Positions 1 through 12,474 of a stretch of 37,505 nt of DNA are shown piece by piece. A program made the translations under genes and the position numbers. The notes under the pieces are model-generated. The model saw only the letters and a program-made list of their open reading frames with translations, ran no database searches and was not told the DNA's origin. Position 1 is the stretch's first letter. Each line of letters starts with the position of its first letter. Source of the stretch: Ginkgo biloba (taxonomy: Eukaryota > Plantae > Ginkgophyta); contig JANKJI020000001.1 of NCBI GenBank assembly GCA_024626585.2, forward strand, positions 2,110,446-2,147,950. The letters run 5' to 3'.

Positions 1-1121
1 GAAAATGGAAAATAAAATTGAGAAAATGCAAAAAATGGAAAATAAAATTGAGAAAATGTGGAAAATAAATAAAATCACAAGTGACTAACTGCAATAATGC
101 AATAGATGTTGAAACCGCTAAAAAATGAAGCGGGTAGGGGAAAAAAGCACAAAAAATGGAGCGTAGAGACCCAAAATGAGGCGCAAAAGGTGAAAAGATA
201 AAGTCACTTTAAAAAAAATAAAGTGACTTTAAGGAAAGGCCCTCCGATCAACATTATAATATTCCTAGAATATTCCAATTTTAATATTTTCAAAAAACCT
301 TAGGAAAAATTTTCACAGCCCAATTTCAAAAATTACGAGCGCGCGATTGATTTTTTGCTCAAATTTTGAATTTCCATTGCGATTTTTGCGGTTTTCGAAT
401 TTCGTAGTTTGTTTCTTTGTGATTTGCAGGGTTGTTTTTGTTGTTTAGTGGTTCTCCTGTTGTGTTGTAGGTGGCATCTCCACTGTGGTGATACAAGCAT
501 TGCGAGGCGGTTGTAGTTGAACGGCTAGCCGTTGCCGAAGATCTGCAAGGAAACTGCAAACCAAGAGTTGCAAGGCTTGGGCGGGCGTTGTCTCGTCTTT
601 GGGATGGCAAGGAGCTGCGAGGAAGGAATGACTGTTGTGGAGCCGTTAGTGTGTTTTGGAGAGAATTGTGGGTTGCAGGTCCGAGAGAGTGCCTAAAGGA
701 GATGCGGGGGTCAACCATGGGAGAACCAATAACCACAAGGGAGAAATCCACAGGAGAACCGGGCCTTGAGCTTGAGCAGAGAAAAAAACCACGAAGGAAA
801 CCGCGGGAGCACTCCAAAAACGAAAACCACGAACAAGAAATTGCCAAGAGAAAAGCAACAGTAAAACCTCTCAAAACCATCGATTTCTTGAAATCGAACC
901 ACTGTACCCTGTATGAAACCGAAATAGATTTTACACCAAGGGAAACCGCGAAGTAAAACCATTGGAAACCACCGCCAAAGGAGAAACCTGCCCTAAAATG
1001 CTAAAATCACATGTGCACTGAAAACCCTAATGGGTGTGAAACTGAAAACAGTTGAAGAAAACCACTAATGAGGAAGAGTGGTTTTTAGAGAGTGGTTTTA
1101 GAAAATTAAGCTCTGATACTA
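1..1121 (-). mobile_element. LTR retrotransposon 5' leader/internal region with Met-type PBS; LTR lies to the right starting at TG 1124
   Basis: 1110-1121 GCTCTGATACTA is the reverse complement of TAGTATCAGAGC (1 mismatch to the initiator-Met PBS TGGTATCAGAGC), 2 nt from a TG (minus-strand CA LTR end). No recognisable gag/pol to the left. Confidence 0.6.
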
Positions 1122-1474
1122 ATTGATATGGAATCACATCAATAAACACCCTATTTAACAGGATNNNNNNNNNNNNNNNNNNNNNNNNNNNNNNNNNNNN
1201 NNNNNNNNNNNNNNNNNNNNNNNNNNNNNNNNNNNNNNNNNNNNNNNNNNNNNNNNNNNNNNNNNNNNNNNNNNNNNNNNNNNNNNNNNNNNNNNNNNNN
1301 NNNNNNNNNNNNNNNNNNNNNNNNNNNNNNNNNNNNNNNNNNNNNNNNNNNNNNNNNNNNNNNNNNNNNNTTTAACTAAGTACAAAAGTGCAAAGCACAA
1401 AGTTGATGAACTAACTAATGACTAAATTAACATAAAAATGCATGCTTTAATAGCTTTACACATGATAGTTCATC

Positions 1475-1900
1475 AATACAAGAAAAATATGAAAGTGGTC
1501 CCACCTACATCGTATGAAGAAGTCGTCAACTAAGTGTTGAATCTCGAGACAGAGGAAAAAACGAAGTCATGTCGAGGGAATCTGTCTAGCAGCAATGATG
1601 AGGAACCATCCTCAATCGCAATCCTATGCCAAGATATAATTTTGATAATGAAAGAATTGTCGATGAGAAAAAAGAAAGAACAGAAAGAAATTCCGTGTAC
1701 TTAGTGCAAAATAGATGCCCACTTGTAAGGAGAATGCCTTGAGCTAAGTACTGTGATGTTTGCAAGGCAAAGAATCATACTACTAATGAATGTAATTGTA
1801 ATGCCAAAAGGAAAAGGAAGACCCAATATTCCCAAATTTATCCAGCTAATGACGAAGCCTCACCCCCAAAGTTGGGAGGAGGTAATGGGAATCAAAGGAA
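1475..1900 (+). mobile_element. Degenerate retrotransposon gag C-terminus with two CCHC zinc knuckles (copy A)
   Basis: Reads KVVPPTSYEEVVN, DEEPSSIAIL, CT*CKIDAHL*GEC and YCDVCKAKNHTTNECNC with stops/frameshifts; aligns by eye to 5315-5637, 5790-6030 and 7510-7835. Confidence 0.7.
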
Positions 1901-1902
1901 CG

Positions 1903-2264
1903 TGATGAGCACATTAGTCTAGAATTAGGATATTATTTTATGTGCTAATCACATGTAAATATTTGTAGGTTAGTATGTTTTGTAAATTAGCCAACATGTG
2001 GCTAATTAGAAATGTAGTCATTTAGAATCAACATATTGTCACTTTTGGAAAAGGGCAGTTACATTAGGTGCCAATTGCATGTAGGTAGCCTCTCCATTAT
2101 TTAAAGGCCACTTACCTTCATGTATTTTTTATGTTGGGTTTTTGTATAATCAAACTTCTACATAAATTCCTTCTTTTTGAAGCAAGTTCTACTTTTGTCC
2201 CTTGCAGCCAAAAAGCTTGTCTTTCTCATCTTGCTCAACTGTCCATTTCAGTTGGTAACAGAGC
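1903..2264 (+). mobile_element. About 350-bp LTR (TG...CA) plus Met-type PBS, inserted right after gag copy A
   Basis: TGATGAGC at 1903, TATA-like TATTTAAA near 2098, TTTCA ending at 2250, then TGGTAACAGAGC at 2253-2264 (1 mismatch). No partner LTR seen, so the left boundary is inferred. Confidence 0.55.
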
Positions 2265-3101
2265 TTAATTAAGGCCCTCTCCAGCCATTGTCTTATTCCA
2301 GTGAAACCCTCCTATTACGGACATTGTTTTCACACTTAGAAGTTATCTTGGAGTAGGGCGACCTCTCCACAATGGCCTCCATAGCAAAGTGATTCTCTAG
2401 AGACCTTTGCAACCTCCTAGATGGTGTACACAAGACTACTGCTTCTCAGAGGCTTCCTAGCAATTCCTAGTGAGTTAAAGCCTTTTCTCTAGACCGTGGT
2501 GTCATTGCAAGGCGTTCTAGGGTTCTCTTCAGTCTTCTGAAAGTCATGCGACCTCCCAAGTGCCTGAAATGAGCTACAGTACGTTTGAAGACTACCACCT
2601 CTCAGGAAAAAATTCCGCCCGTTATTCAAAGTTCGTTGGAGTGATTTATGTAGTCTGTTGCCTCCATGACATTCTTCCTATGCTCATGACCCATTGTGAG
2701 TGATCTAGAGTCCGAAAAACTTTACGCAATCCACTATAGGCTCACATAGGCCGCGCGTATCTTGACGACTCCCATTTTCTTTAAACAAAAACAAAAAAAA
2801 TTAATAAATAAAGGGGTGAGGAGGCTCTATAGTAAGTTCATTGGCCCTAAGAAAATCTTCCTCACTTTACCTTTTCTGAATCCTGCTTCTTATTCACTTA
2901 GATCATTCAGGGGATGCTAACCGAGTCAGATAGATATCAATGAGCAAGTTGGAACCTTATCCTACCTACTTAATAATATGGATTGGAGCTTGATCTACCA
3001 CNNNNNNNNNNNNNNNNNNNNNNNNNNNNNNNNNNNNNNNNNNNNNNNNNNNNNNNNNNNNNNNNNNNNNNNNNNNNNNNNNNNNNNNNNNNNNNNNNNN
3101 N

Positions 3102-4419
3102 GTTGCATAAATGGATCTCAGATCATGACCCATATCCCATGGGTATAGCTGTGTGGCTTATCAGGTTCATAACAGTTGCAAAAACTCTATTGATGAGGCC
3201 TTATACTGACCCCAAGTGTTTATGAATCCTGTCTGGTAGTTGTAGTTCTGTGCCATTTATGGGGTTGGTGCTGGCTACTGTTCTCAGTCATTGAATTGCC
3301 CAGCAACCCAAAGATAGATGGTAGGTGCTAGGAGGATGTAATGAAGCTTTGTGTCCTGACACATTGGTCATCACTCAAAAGGTGCCTCCTATCAAGAAAA
3401 CTCCCCGAGGAAAAGGGAAATGCATTTCAGGTCATCAAGTAGATGAAGAACCTACAAGTCTCTGAATAAGTAGTGGTATTTGCCTTAGATCTCATAATGT
3501 ATTGGGATAAGTATGGATGTTTGCCTCTGTCAGAGTGTGAATCTCCCATATGCAAGACCAGATGTACATATGAGACCATCGCAAATGTGTCTTGAGATGT
3601 AAGGGGCATGCTCCAAATGCTGTCAGTAGAATTCTACGAGGAATGGTGTGTTTGCTGTGAGTGAAACACAAAAGCATATGGTCAGGAGTCTCTCATTTTG
3701 CACCAGTGCATCAAAGGCAAGATCAAGCCCAAAGCTCTGCCACACAATGTTTTGGGTCGAAAAAAGATACCAGATAGTAGGCATTTGGTAGGAGTGGAAA
3801 TGTAGCTAAAACAAGTGAAAGCAAAGTGTACCCTTTACTTAGTTGGGACTGAGCCTTTAAGCACGTATTGATTGTGGGACCAAAAAATAGCACACCCAGA
3901 TGGATGTATGATGAAACTATCTCCATTGGCTGTCCTTGGAAGGTGAAGAGCAACTTCAATTAGCAACTCAGGAAATATTCATGGCTGTGGCATTTGTTTT
4001 CTTAAGATTGATTCCCAGCTGTCTACTGTCACACAAGGATGCCAACGAGCCTAGCTGTCTCTATAGTCCATCTGGTGAGGACAAGGTAAGGCTAACATCA
4101 TCAACAAATAGAAAATGGCAACCAAGACACCATGGAAATTGCATCCATCAACCATGTGGGTGGCCTCACCAATGTGCTTCTCCAGGTCTTCAATATACAG
4201 GCTAGAAAGAGGTTGTTAAAAGAGGGATATCTTGATTCATTCCAATGTGCTATTTATGTCTCTAGAGACACGCAACTGCTTGCAAAGAATTTCCATGAGA
4301 ATCATTTTCCAAAACATTTGGGAAATGGGAAATGGTATTTTGGGAGTAATTTCCTGCAACTCAGCTTTAGAATCCTCCTTATTGAGCAAAGGCAACACTC
4401 ACAAATAGAGCACCTATAT
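3102..4419 (-). mobile_element. Decayed non-LTR retrotransposon (LINE) reverse transcriptase and downstream region
   Basis: Minus-strand translation across a frameshift/stop: GMNQDIPLL..SLYIEDLEKH (GVKQGCPLSPTLFxLYI-like), LFVDDVSLTLSSPDGL*RQL (FVDD at 4108-4097, YADD box), LGINLKKT, then EIVSSYIHLGVLF (YKYLG motif), in canonical order. Confidence 0.85.
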
Positions 4420-4539
4420 NNNNNNNNNNNNNNNNNNNNNNNNNNNNNNNNNNNNNNNNNNNNNNNNNNNNNNNNNNNNNNNNNNNNNNNNNNNNNNNNN
4501 NNNNNNNNNNNNNNNNNNNTTGAAGAAATCTCTCTCTGA

Positions 4540-5142
4540 GTGAGGCGACCTATTGGAATGCTTTTCTACTATCCATTCTTTATGAAATTATGAATGTTTT
4601 TGCATAGGGAAGTGCGCATACTATTTACATGATTTTGCAGTAATTTTTCAATGTATTGCAGCATGTTAGGGGCAGATTTCATATGTGTTTCGTGGTTGTT
4701 TTATGATTGATATCAGCTGGGTAATTGTCTGATATGATGGATGTCCTATGGCTAATTAACGGTGCTACTCCGTGCTTTCAAGATTGGTGAAATTATGAGT
4801 TTTAGAAATTAAAATCAGATTTGATTAATGGCTACAATGTTGGCTATTTGCAACTAATATGAATGCATTTATGATCATATTATGTGTGCTAGAATACTAA
4901 GAGTTCAAGGTCTAAGTGGTGCTTAGATGTGCAAGTTTCTATGATGAGTAAAATTGTGTTTGAGATAAAGATTCAAGTCTAAAATTTTCGTTGCATTCTT
5001 GATTTCTTTAAGATGTTTACTCTCATGTTTTAGCCAAGTGAAATGAAATGCTTTAAGTGATGAAGTTATAAGTTCATGTCATATATTTCATGCTCAGTTT
5101 TATCAAGGTAAAGAAGACTGCATTTCAACATGGTATCAGAGC
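4540..5142 (+). mobile_element. LTR 3' portion plus perfect initiator-Met PBS
   Basis: TTTCAACA directly followed by TGGTATCAGAGC at 5131-5142; upstream is non-coding T/G-rich sequence. The left edge is hidden by or near an N gap. Confidence 0.7.
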
Positions 5143-5149
5143 GATAATT

Positions 5150-6980
5150 CTGATATCTCTCAACAGAAGTCATCAACAAGATTCATAATGAAGTAGGAAA
5201 AAGGAGAGTGTTCATGTGTGTCACAAGTGATTGAAAGCGTTGATAAAAAAAAGATGGAATCCCAAGTCACAGAGGGCTTAAAGAAACAATGGTTTATAGA
5301 AGCCCTGTTGTCGAAGTACAATTGGAAAATTAAAGTTGTTTCACCTACTTCTTATGAAGAAGCCATCAATCGATCGCAGAACATCGAGATGAAAGAGAAG
5401 ACTCAGTTGTGCTAGGTAAAGTCTCCCAACCTCAGAGATGATGAGGAACCATCTTCAATTACATCCCTACGTCAAGACATGATGCAAATGATGAAGGAAC
5501 TGTCATCAAATAAGAAGAAAAGGAAATTGTGTATCATATGCAAGGTGGAAGGCCACTTGTAATGAGAATACCCAAAACCAAATAAGTATTGTGATATTTG
5601 TAAAGTGAAAAATCATAGCACTAATGAATGCAATTACNNNNNNNNNNNNNNNNNNNNNNNNNNNNNNNNNNNNNNNNNNNNNNNNNNNNNNNNNNNNNNN
5701 NNNNNNNNNNNNNNNNNNNNNNNNNNNNNNNNNNNNNAACATGAATTGGCCAAGGGGGAACTTGAGACCATGAGACCAATGATGCCGAAAGTAACCTGGT
5801 CGAATAATAGAGATGATGAGGAACCATCCTCAATTGTAGCCATGTGCTAGGACATGATGCAGATGATGGAGTTGTCAGTAAACAAAATGAAAGAACAAAA
5901 AGAAATTTGTTATACTAAATGCAAAGCAAAAGGCCACTTGGAGAAAGAATGCCCCAAGCCAATTGCATATTGTGATATTTATTAAGTAAAAAACCATAGC
6001 ATTGATGAATGTCACTGCAATGCAAAGAACAAACCAAAGACAAGGGATGCATGAGTGTACTTGGTTGATGATCAAGCCTCACTCCCGAAGTCGAGAGGAG
6101 ATAGCAGGCATTAAGAGAATGGTTATAGAAATTTTCGCTCTAATCAAAACAGATGGACAAATCAGGATTTTTGGGAATGTCGTTGAACTATGACATGTCC
6201 ACTCATCCAATGTTACAAATGCCAAGAATGAGGGCATTTTGCTAAAGTTTGTCCACATCATAATTGAGGTGGTGCAGAGTTATGTAAATGGTGTAGTCTG
6301 GTAGACCATGATGATAACAACCACCAAAACCAAAGGAATATAGTTTCTCATCGTGTGCAAATAGAGTTAATTAAGGAAGAGGACCCGTATGTCATACAAA
6401 CTTGGAGCAACCCCAAGAAAAAATATCCCAAGCGGATGATGGCAAAAGAGTGCCTGCAGATTGTTAAGGAAATGATTTAAGACCCGTAAAAGAAGGAACA
6501 ACTGAAGACACTCCATCTTGAAAAATCTATGATCGTTCTTGGGAGGCGCAGACAATGAGGGCGTGTGACATCTAGATTAAAGTGGATGACGATAAGATGT
6601 AGAATGCTAACAATATGGAATCATCTCAAAACGACTTGGGCAAGTAGGTGTTGCAATTGGAAACTTAATCAAGTTGGCCACATTAATTGCAGTCATCCTA
6701 GAAATGGCAAAGGCATTGGTCTGGCAAGCNNNNNNNNNNNNNNNNNNNNNNNNNNNNNNNNNNNNNNNNGATTTTGACATCCGCATGATCGACAATTGTA
6801 GTATAATGTGCAATAATTGGGAAACCAATTGAGTAAATGTAGTTGTTAATAATCTCCCAGAAGCAGACTCTCAATTCGATAAGACCTCATGGCAAATATT
6901 ATCACTATTGCCCTTTTTCACCTCTACTTTTCCATTACTCATTTGGGTGATCTTTTCCATTGTTGTGTACATGTATGGAG
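5150..6980 (+). mobile_element. Degenerate gag with multiple CCHC knuckles followed by a Copia-like RNase H remnant (unit 1, with internal knuckle-module duplication)
   Basis: QWFIEALLSKYNWKIKVVSPTSYEEAINR; knuckle pairs at about 5529-5637 and 5910-6020; CYKCQE*GHFAKVC and CKWC..HDD at about 6210-6320; then TWASR, IDNCSI and MANIITIALF..HLG. Confidence 0.7.
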
Positions 6981-7264
6981 CCATGTTACACATTCCATAC
7001 ATAGTACAACCCATTGATGCATCATTTGTGCCACATTTNNNNNNNNNNNNNNNNNNNNNNNNNNNCACATTTGAGTACATTTGCATCATAGAGTGCGATA
7101 GTGCTCCATTTCTCACTTGTATTGTAGTGGCACACTTTACGCACACATTGCTCACATGCATTTACCTTTACATTAGAGGCTACCTACGTTTATCGAGAAT
7201 GGGAAGGAAGACCCTACTCAACATTGTATGTGAGATAATATGGATGGAAAATGGCCATGATGAT

Positions 7265-8790
7265 TAAAGTCTTTGGTTGAGAGCCTTCCCAACAACATTG
7301 CCAATGATTGGTATAAGCAATTTGTAGGAGATCATTTCAAAGACTGGAAGTCGTCGTGAAAAGAATTCAATCTTTTATGGGATGATGGAGAAGAATGTTG
7401 ATGAAATTCATAATTAAGTAGGAAAAGAAGAGTGTTCCTCTATATCACAATCGATTGAAAGCATTGATAAAAAAATGGAATCCCAAGTCATAGAGGGCTT
7501 ATTATCGAAGTACAAATGGAAAATAGAAGTTGTCTCACCCCCCTATTATGAAGAAGCCATCAATCATTCACTAAACCTCGAGACGGAGGAGAAGATTGAG
7601 TTATGCTAGGGAAAGTCTCCCAGGCTCGAAGATGATTGGGAACCATACTCAATTACATCCCTAGGTCAAGACATGATGCAAATGATGAAGGAATTGTTGT
7701 CAAACAAGAAGGAAAGGAAATTTTGTGTATGAAATGCAAGATGGAAGGCCACTTGTAACAAGAATACCCATAACCAAGTAAGTATTGTGATATTTGTAAA
7801 ATGAAAAATCATAGCACTGATGAATGCAATTACTATATGAATAACAAGTATAAGACTAAGGATGCCNNNNNNNNNNNNNNNNNNNNNNNNNNNNNNNNNN
7901 NNNNNNNNNNNNNNNNNNNNNNNNNNNNNNNNNNNNNCTATAGAAATTTTTTTTTTTTTTTTAACAGAAGGACGAATTAGGATTTTTGGGAATGTTGTTG
8001 AACTATGATGTCCAGACATCCAATCGTCCATTGTTACAAATGCCAAGAATGGGGGCATTTTGCTAACATTTGTCCACATCATAATTGGGGTGGTGCGGAG
8101 TTGTGTAAATGGTGCAGTCCAGGAGCCCATGATGATAACATGGGCTCTTGGAGGAGAGGAATAAAGTTTCTCATCTTATGCAGATAGAGTTAATCAAGGA
8201 AGAGGACTTGTATGTCATACAAACCTAGAGCAATGCCAAGAAAAAATATTCCAAGATGAGTGTTGCAAATGAGTGCCTCCAAATTGCTAAGGAAACAATT
8301 CGAGACTTGTAAAAGAAGGAACAACTAAAGAAGCACCATCTTCAAAAGTCTGTGATCAACCTCTGGAGGCACGGACAATGAGGGTGTCTGACATCTAGAT
8401 TAAATTGGACGATGGTAAGATGTAGAATTCCAATAGTACAGAATCATCTCAGATTGACTTGGTCAAGTAAGTCTTGTAATTGAAAACTCAATCAAACTGG
8501 CGACATTGATTGCAGTCATTCCAAAAATGGCAGAGGCATTAGTTTTGCAAGCCTGAGAAGGTGCATGGAGGGTGACCCTGACATCTGCACGATTGACAAT
8601 TTTAGTAGAATGTGCAATAACTAGGAAACTAATTGAGTTAACGCAGTTGTTGATAATATCCCAAAAGAAGACACTCTCAATTTAGTAAGACCACATGAAA
8701 AAGATTATCGCTATTGCCCTTTTTCACACCTTTACTTGTGCACTACTCATTTGGGTGATTTTTGCCATTGTTGTGTGCATACATGGAGCA
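7265..8790 (+). mobile_element. Second diverged copy of the gag/zinc-knuckle/RNase H-like unit (unit 2)
   Basis: Starts with gag-like IANDWYKQF..FKDWKSS*KEF; colinear with 5180-5637 and 6124-6980; contains YCDICKMKNHSTDECNY, CYKCQEWGHFANIC and TWSSK (8457-8471). Confidence 0.75.
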
Positions 8791-11045
8791 TCATTATAGT
8801 ATATTCATGTATTATTTATGTTGCATTTGCTTATATTTTCATCTTATTATGTGATATTGCTCCATTTGTTGCTCTATTTATATGTACATGTATCATTTAC
8901 ACATAGATCTGATACATTTATCTTGTGGTCTCCCACATAGCCCTTTGATTTATATGCATATCTCATCATGTGGTTGACTTACATCATGTTTTATCTCAAC
9001 ACATGGGCTTTTTACTCAGCACATAATCCAACATATATTCATGACTTTCCCTTTATGCTATCATTGGTTATGGAGGATTGTTGCACCATCATTGCATGAC
9101 ACATAGTCTCATGTTTCATGAGAGGTTATCTTGGATAAAGATACACCCTTGTGGTACTCTATGGGCTTCCACTATAGCTAATCTCACGAGGCTTATGTAC
9201 AAGGTAAAAGAGGGGGATCTTTATTATAGCATCCACATTATTGTCTTAAGGCATTCATAATGGCATCTTGCATTCACATCTCACATAGAGATCACTTGAG
9301 AATATTTGGTATTATATCATTATACAACCATAAGTCTTGGGCATTATTATGCATAAGGGTTTATATCTTCATATCATTAAGGCATTCCAACCATCCATAT
9401 TAGTGTGTCTACTTCTTAGGTGGGAGAAGGAGGAGAGGATTAACATTCATTATATCATATGATCCTCACTTGGTTGAAATATTCATCTTGTATTTCCACC
9501 TTATNNNNNNNNNNNNNNNNNNNNNNNNNNNNNNNNNNNNNNNNNNNNNNNNNNNNNNNNNNNNNNNNNNNNNNNNNNNNNNNNNNNNNNNNNNNNNNNN
9601 NNNNAAAGTCTTAGCTAATTAATTAATAAAATAATTAATTAGGCATAAAATGGTAAATTTTAGATGTGTAAAGGCTTACCGAATTTTAGGTGTGTACACT
9701 AGGATTTGCTATCAACATTAAGTGGCATATAAGATGACAATTTGCAAGGAACATTTTTCCCATTTGTTATAGGCTTCTTCTATTATTTGTGTGTAATAAA
9801 ATATTTGAGGAAANNNNNNNNNNNNNNNNNAAATTGTTTCCCATCTGATATGGGTGGCTTCTGTGTCCAATATTTGTATGTAACAATATGTTTGATGACA
9901 TAAACAAAGATATTTGGATTTTCAAGAAAAAGTATGCTTTTCTTTAAACAACTTAGATGATGTCTAACAAAAATATCATTTTCTTGAACAGGGGCCACGT
10001 GTTCCATATGAGAAGCTTAGGAAATTCAGCAATGTCTAGAGTATTGTTGAAGGCACTACTAATGCTAAATTTGGTAAATTTATGTTCCTTAAGATTTGAA
10101 TTGCAATCCAATTGTATATTATATAAGTATTGAATTTTTTGCCTCTCCATCTTTATTTTTTGGAACTGTTTACTGTTCTGCTTTGTATCAGGAATGTTGA
10201 ATGTATACATTACGGAGTTTTTCTTATTGAAGTGCAAAGGAGATAACAAGATTAGGCAGGACATGAAAGATATTTGCAGGATTCAGAAAACATTACACTT
10301 TGCAATGCAGCATGGACAGTTCCTGTCAAAATTATTTACCAGCGATCATTATGTATTATGTTGCCTCTATTTCTTGTACAGAGACATGGACAGTTTATGC
10401 AATAGAGTCGACCTGTATTGATGACTTTTCATCATAAGTTTTGTTCATTACTTTCCACTCCAGTGATTTTGGCCTATTCCTCTTTGGATTGGTTTTAAGC
10501 TGAAAACAAATTTACAGTAAAACCTCTCTCTCAAAATTATCCAATGTATCAGCTGATGAAACTATCTGCAGAAACAGAGCAATAAAGTAAGTTTTTTTGT
10601 CAAAGGCAATCTAAACAAGTGCCTGGTGCATTCCATTACAATAAAATAGGGGATTCAAATGTTGAGATTTGCTGCATGCCAATAATTATTTCTTTGTTGT
10701 TGTCTCACATAATTGCATATTTATACAATATTTTTTATGCATTTTGCCAACCTATTACTGGATAAAATATGTCTTTTGCAGGGAATCATTTTAAATATTC
10801 AAATGTCAGTTATTAATCATGTCTTGGTGGATTTGTTATCCGCATAAGAACTACACTTGTTATGTTGGTCTGAGACACCAGAAATAGAAACATTTCCTTT
10901 GTATCATAATATGTTTGAAACTCCTCAAGGACTTATTTGTGGAGAAGGTATTGGAAATGCTTTTAGTGCGAAGGTATTTTACTTCTTGTGCTGGACCGTC
11001 TTTGTCCTAATTCTCATTTGGTAATCTTATATTTACTTTCTTTGG

Positions 11046-11490
11046 AATTTGTAGGTCAGTAGATGATACTCTTGTTTATCTGTTGGTTCGATGCCATTGA
11101 TGTGTAAATGCATGCTCACTGGGCCTTGCCTATTAAATGCAAGTGCTGTCTGCCTTGTGGCTTATTTTATTTTGTAGAAAATGATCCTTGCACTCAGACA
11201 TGCACTGTTTCATCCCAAGGTGTGTTCCATTTAAGAGAAATTAGTTGTGCTGGCCTGTCCAATGCTAGTTTGATGATGTTATATATACTTCCTTTGCAAT
11301 TTGTAGGTCAGTAGATGATGCTCTTGTTTATTTTGTTGGTTTGATGTCATTTATTTGCAAGTGCATTCGTATCAGACCCTAAACCTAGTTTTTGCATATG
11401 CTGTCTGCTTTGTGACTTCTTTCATTTTTGTAGAAAGTCATCCTTGCATTCAGACATGCATTGTTCCATCCCAAGGTGGTGTTCCGTTTG
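11046..11490. repeat. Diverged tandem duplication, 252-bp period
   Basis: AATTTGTAGGTCAGTAGATGAT at 11046 and 11298; both copies continue through TTTTGTAGAAA, CAGACATGCA and CATCCCAAGGTG. Confidence 0.9.
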
Positions 11491-11639
11491 TAAGTTAGTA
11501 GGTCACCATTATACAGTGGATTAATTTCTCGTGTTTTATCACTTTAGCTCTGTAAGTCCCGAGTCAACTTTGCCATGTTCTGTGGGTACACTCATTTCAC
11601 CCTTTGCCTGAAATGTCATTCACCTGCTACTTATCCCAA

Positions 11640-12110
11640 TTTGGTATGGAATAACTTTATATAGTCTCTACTAACAATCGAACAATGAGACAAATTCAAT
11701 ACCATGATCCAAGAGCGATTCTACCCCTTTGGTATCACGAAGAGATAAAAAAAAAACGGTTGCATATTCGCCAAATCTCAGGACGAACGATGCAATAGTA
11801 TTTAGACCTCTTCAACCAGATGTCCATCATGCACAAGGTCACAGATCCTGATAACATTCTTCAAATGAAGTTTATAGGTGGGTTATTTCCCCACCTACAA
11901 CAAGAAATGGATTTGCTAACAATCACTTCTCTTGAACACGCTTTTCAATTTGCCTTGAACATTGAAGGTAAAATGCAGCAAAGAGGATCGACTAAATCTC
12001 AACAATATTCAAAGGGATCTTAAGCTTCTAAATATTCTAAAGCCTCCTCATTCTCTACTTCTTCAAATTCTTCTTCATCCAATGCAAAATCTAAGCCTAA
12101 AGTCAAAGAG
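11640..12110 (+). mobile_element. Ty3/Gypsy gag (Retrotrans_gag) remnant
   Basis: KFNTMIQERFYP..RLHIRQISGRTMQ*YLDLFNQMSIMHKV..MKFIGGLFPHLQQEMDLLTITSLEHAFQFALNIEGK followed by a Ser-rich linker. Confidence 0.8.
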
Positions 12111-12474
12111 ATACTTATAATAACTCAAGCTAACTACAAATCTCTACACAACAAGCATAGGGTCCAACATCATTTTTAGGTGNNNNNNNNNNNNNNNNNN
12201 NNNNNNNNNNNNNNNNNNNNNNNNNNNNNNNNNNNNNNNNNNNNNNNNNNNNNNNNNNNNNNNNNNNNNNNNNNNNNNNNNNTGATTTTTGAGAAAAAAA
12301 TCTCTTATATGGCAAACAAAGACTTAAATAACAATGTTGGAAAGGATGGATTCAACTAGAGACTCCAGCTACAACGGCTACAACAATAAATGGTAGGTCT
12401 TCTCAATGTTCTCCTAAGCTCTCTCCAGCAAGATTGATTGGAGTATTTTTGTCCAAGAGCACACACAAGAGACT

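Noticed and set aside
359-962. Overlapping ORFs of 70-173 aa on both strands
   Set aside because: Low-complexity, no domain motif; explained by the GC-richer LTR-element leader.
9950-10430. Possible PPR or other coding relic
   Set aside because: Only faint motif resemblance with many stops; not supportable by eye.
10555-10576. CTGATGA...GAAAC hammerhead-like core (retrozyme idea)
   Set aside because: No stem II pairing and no compatible stems I/III.
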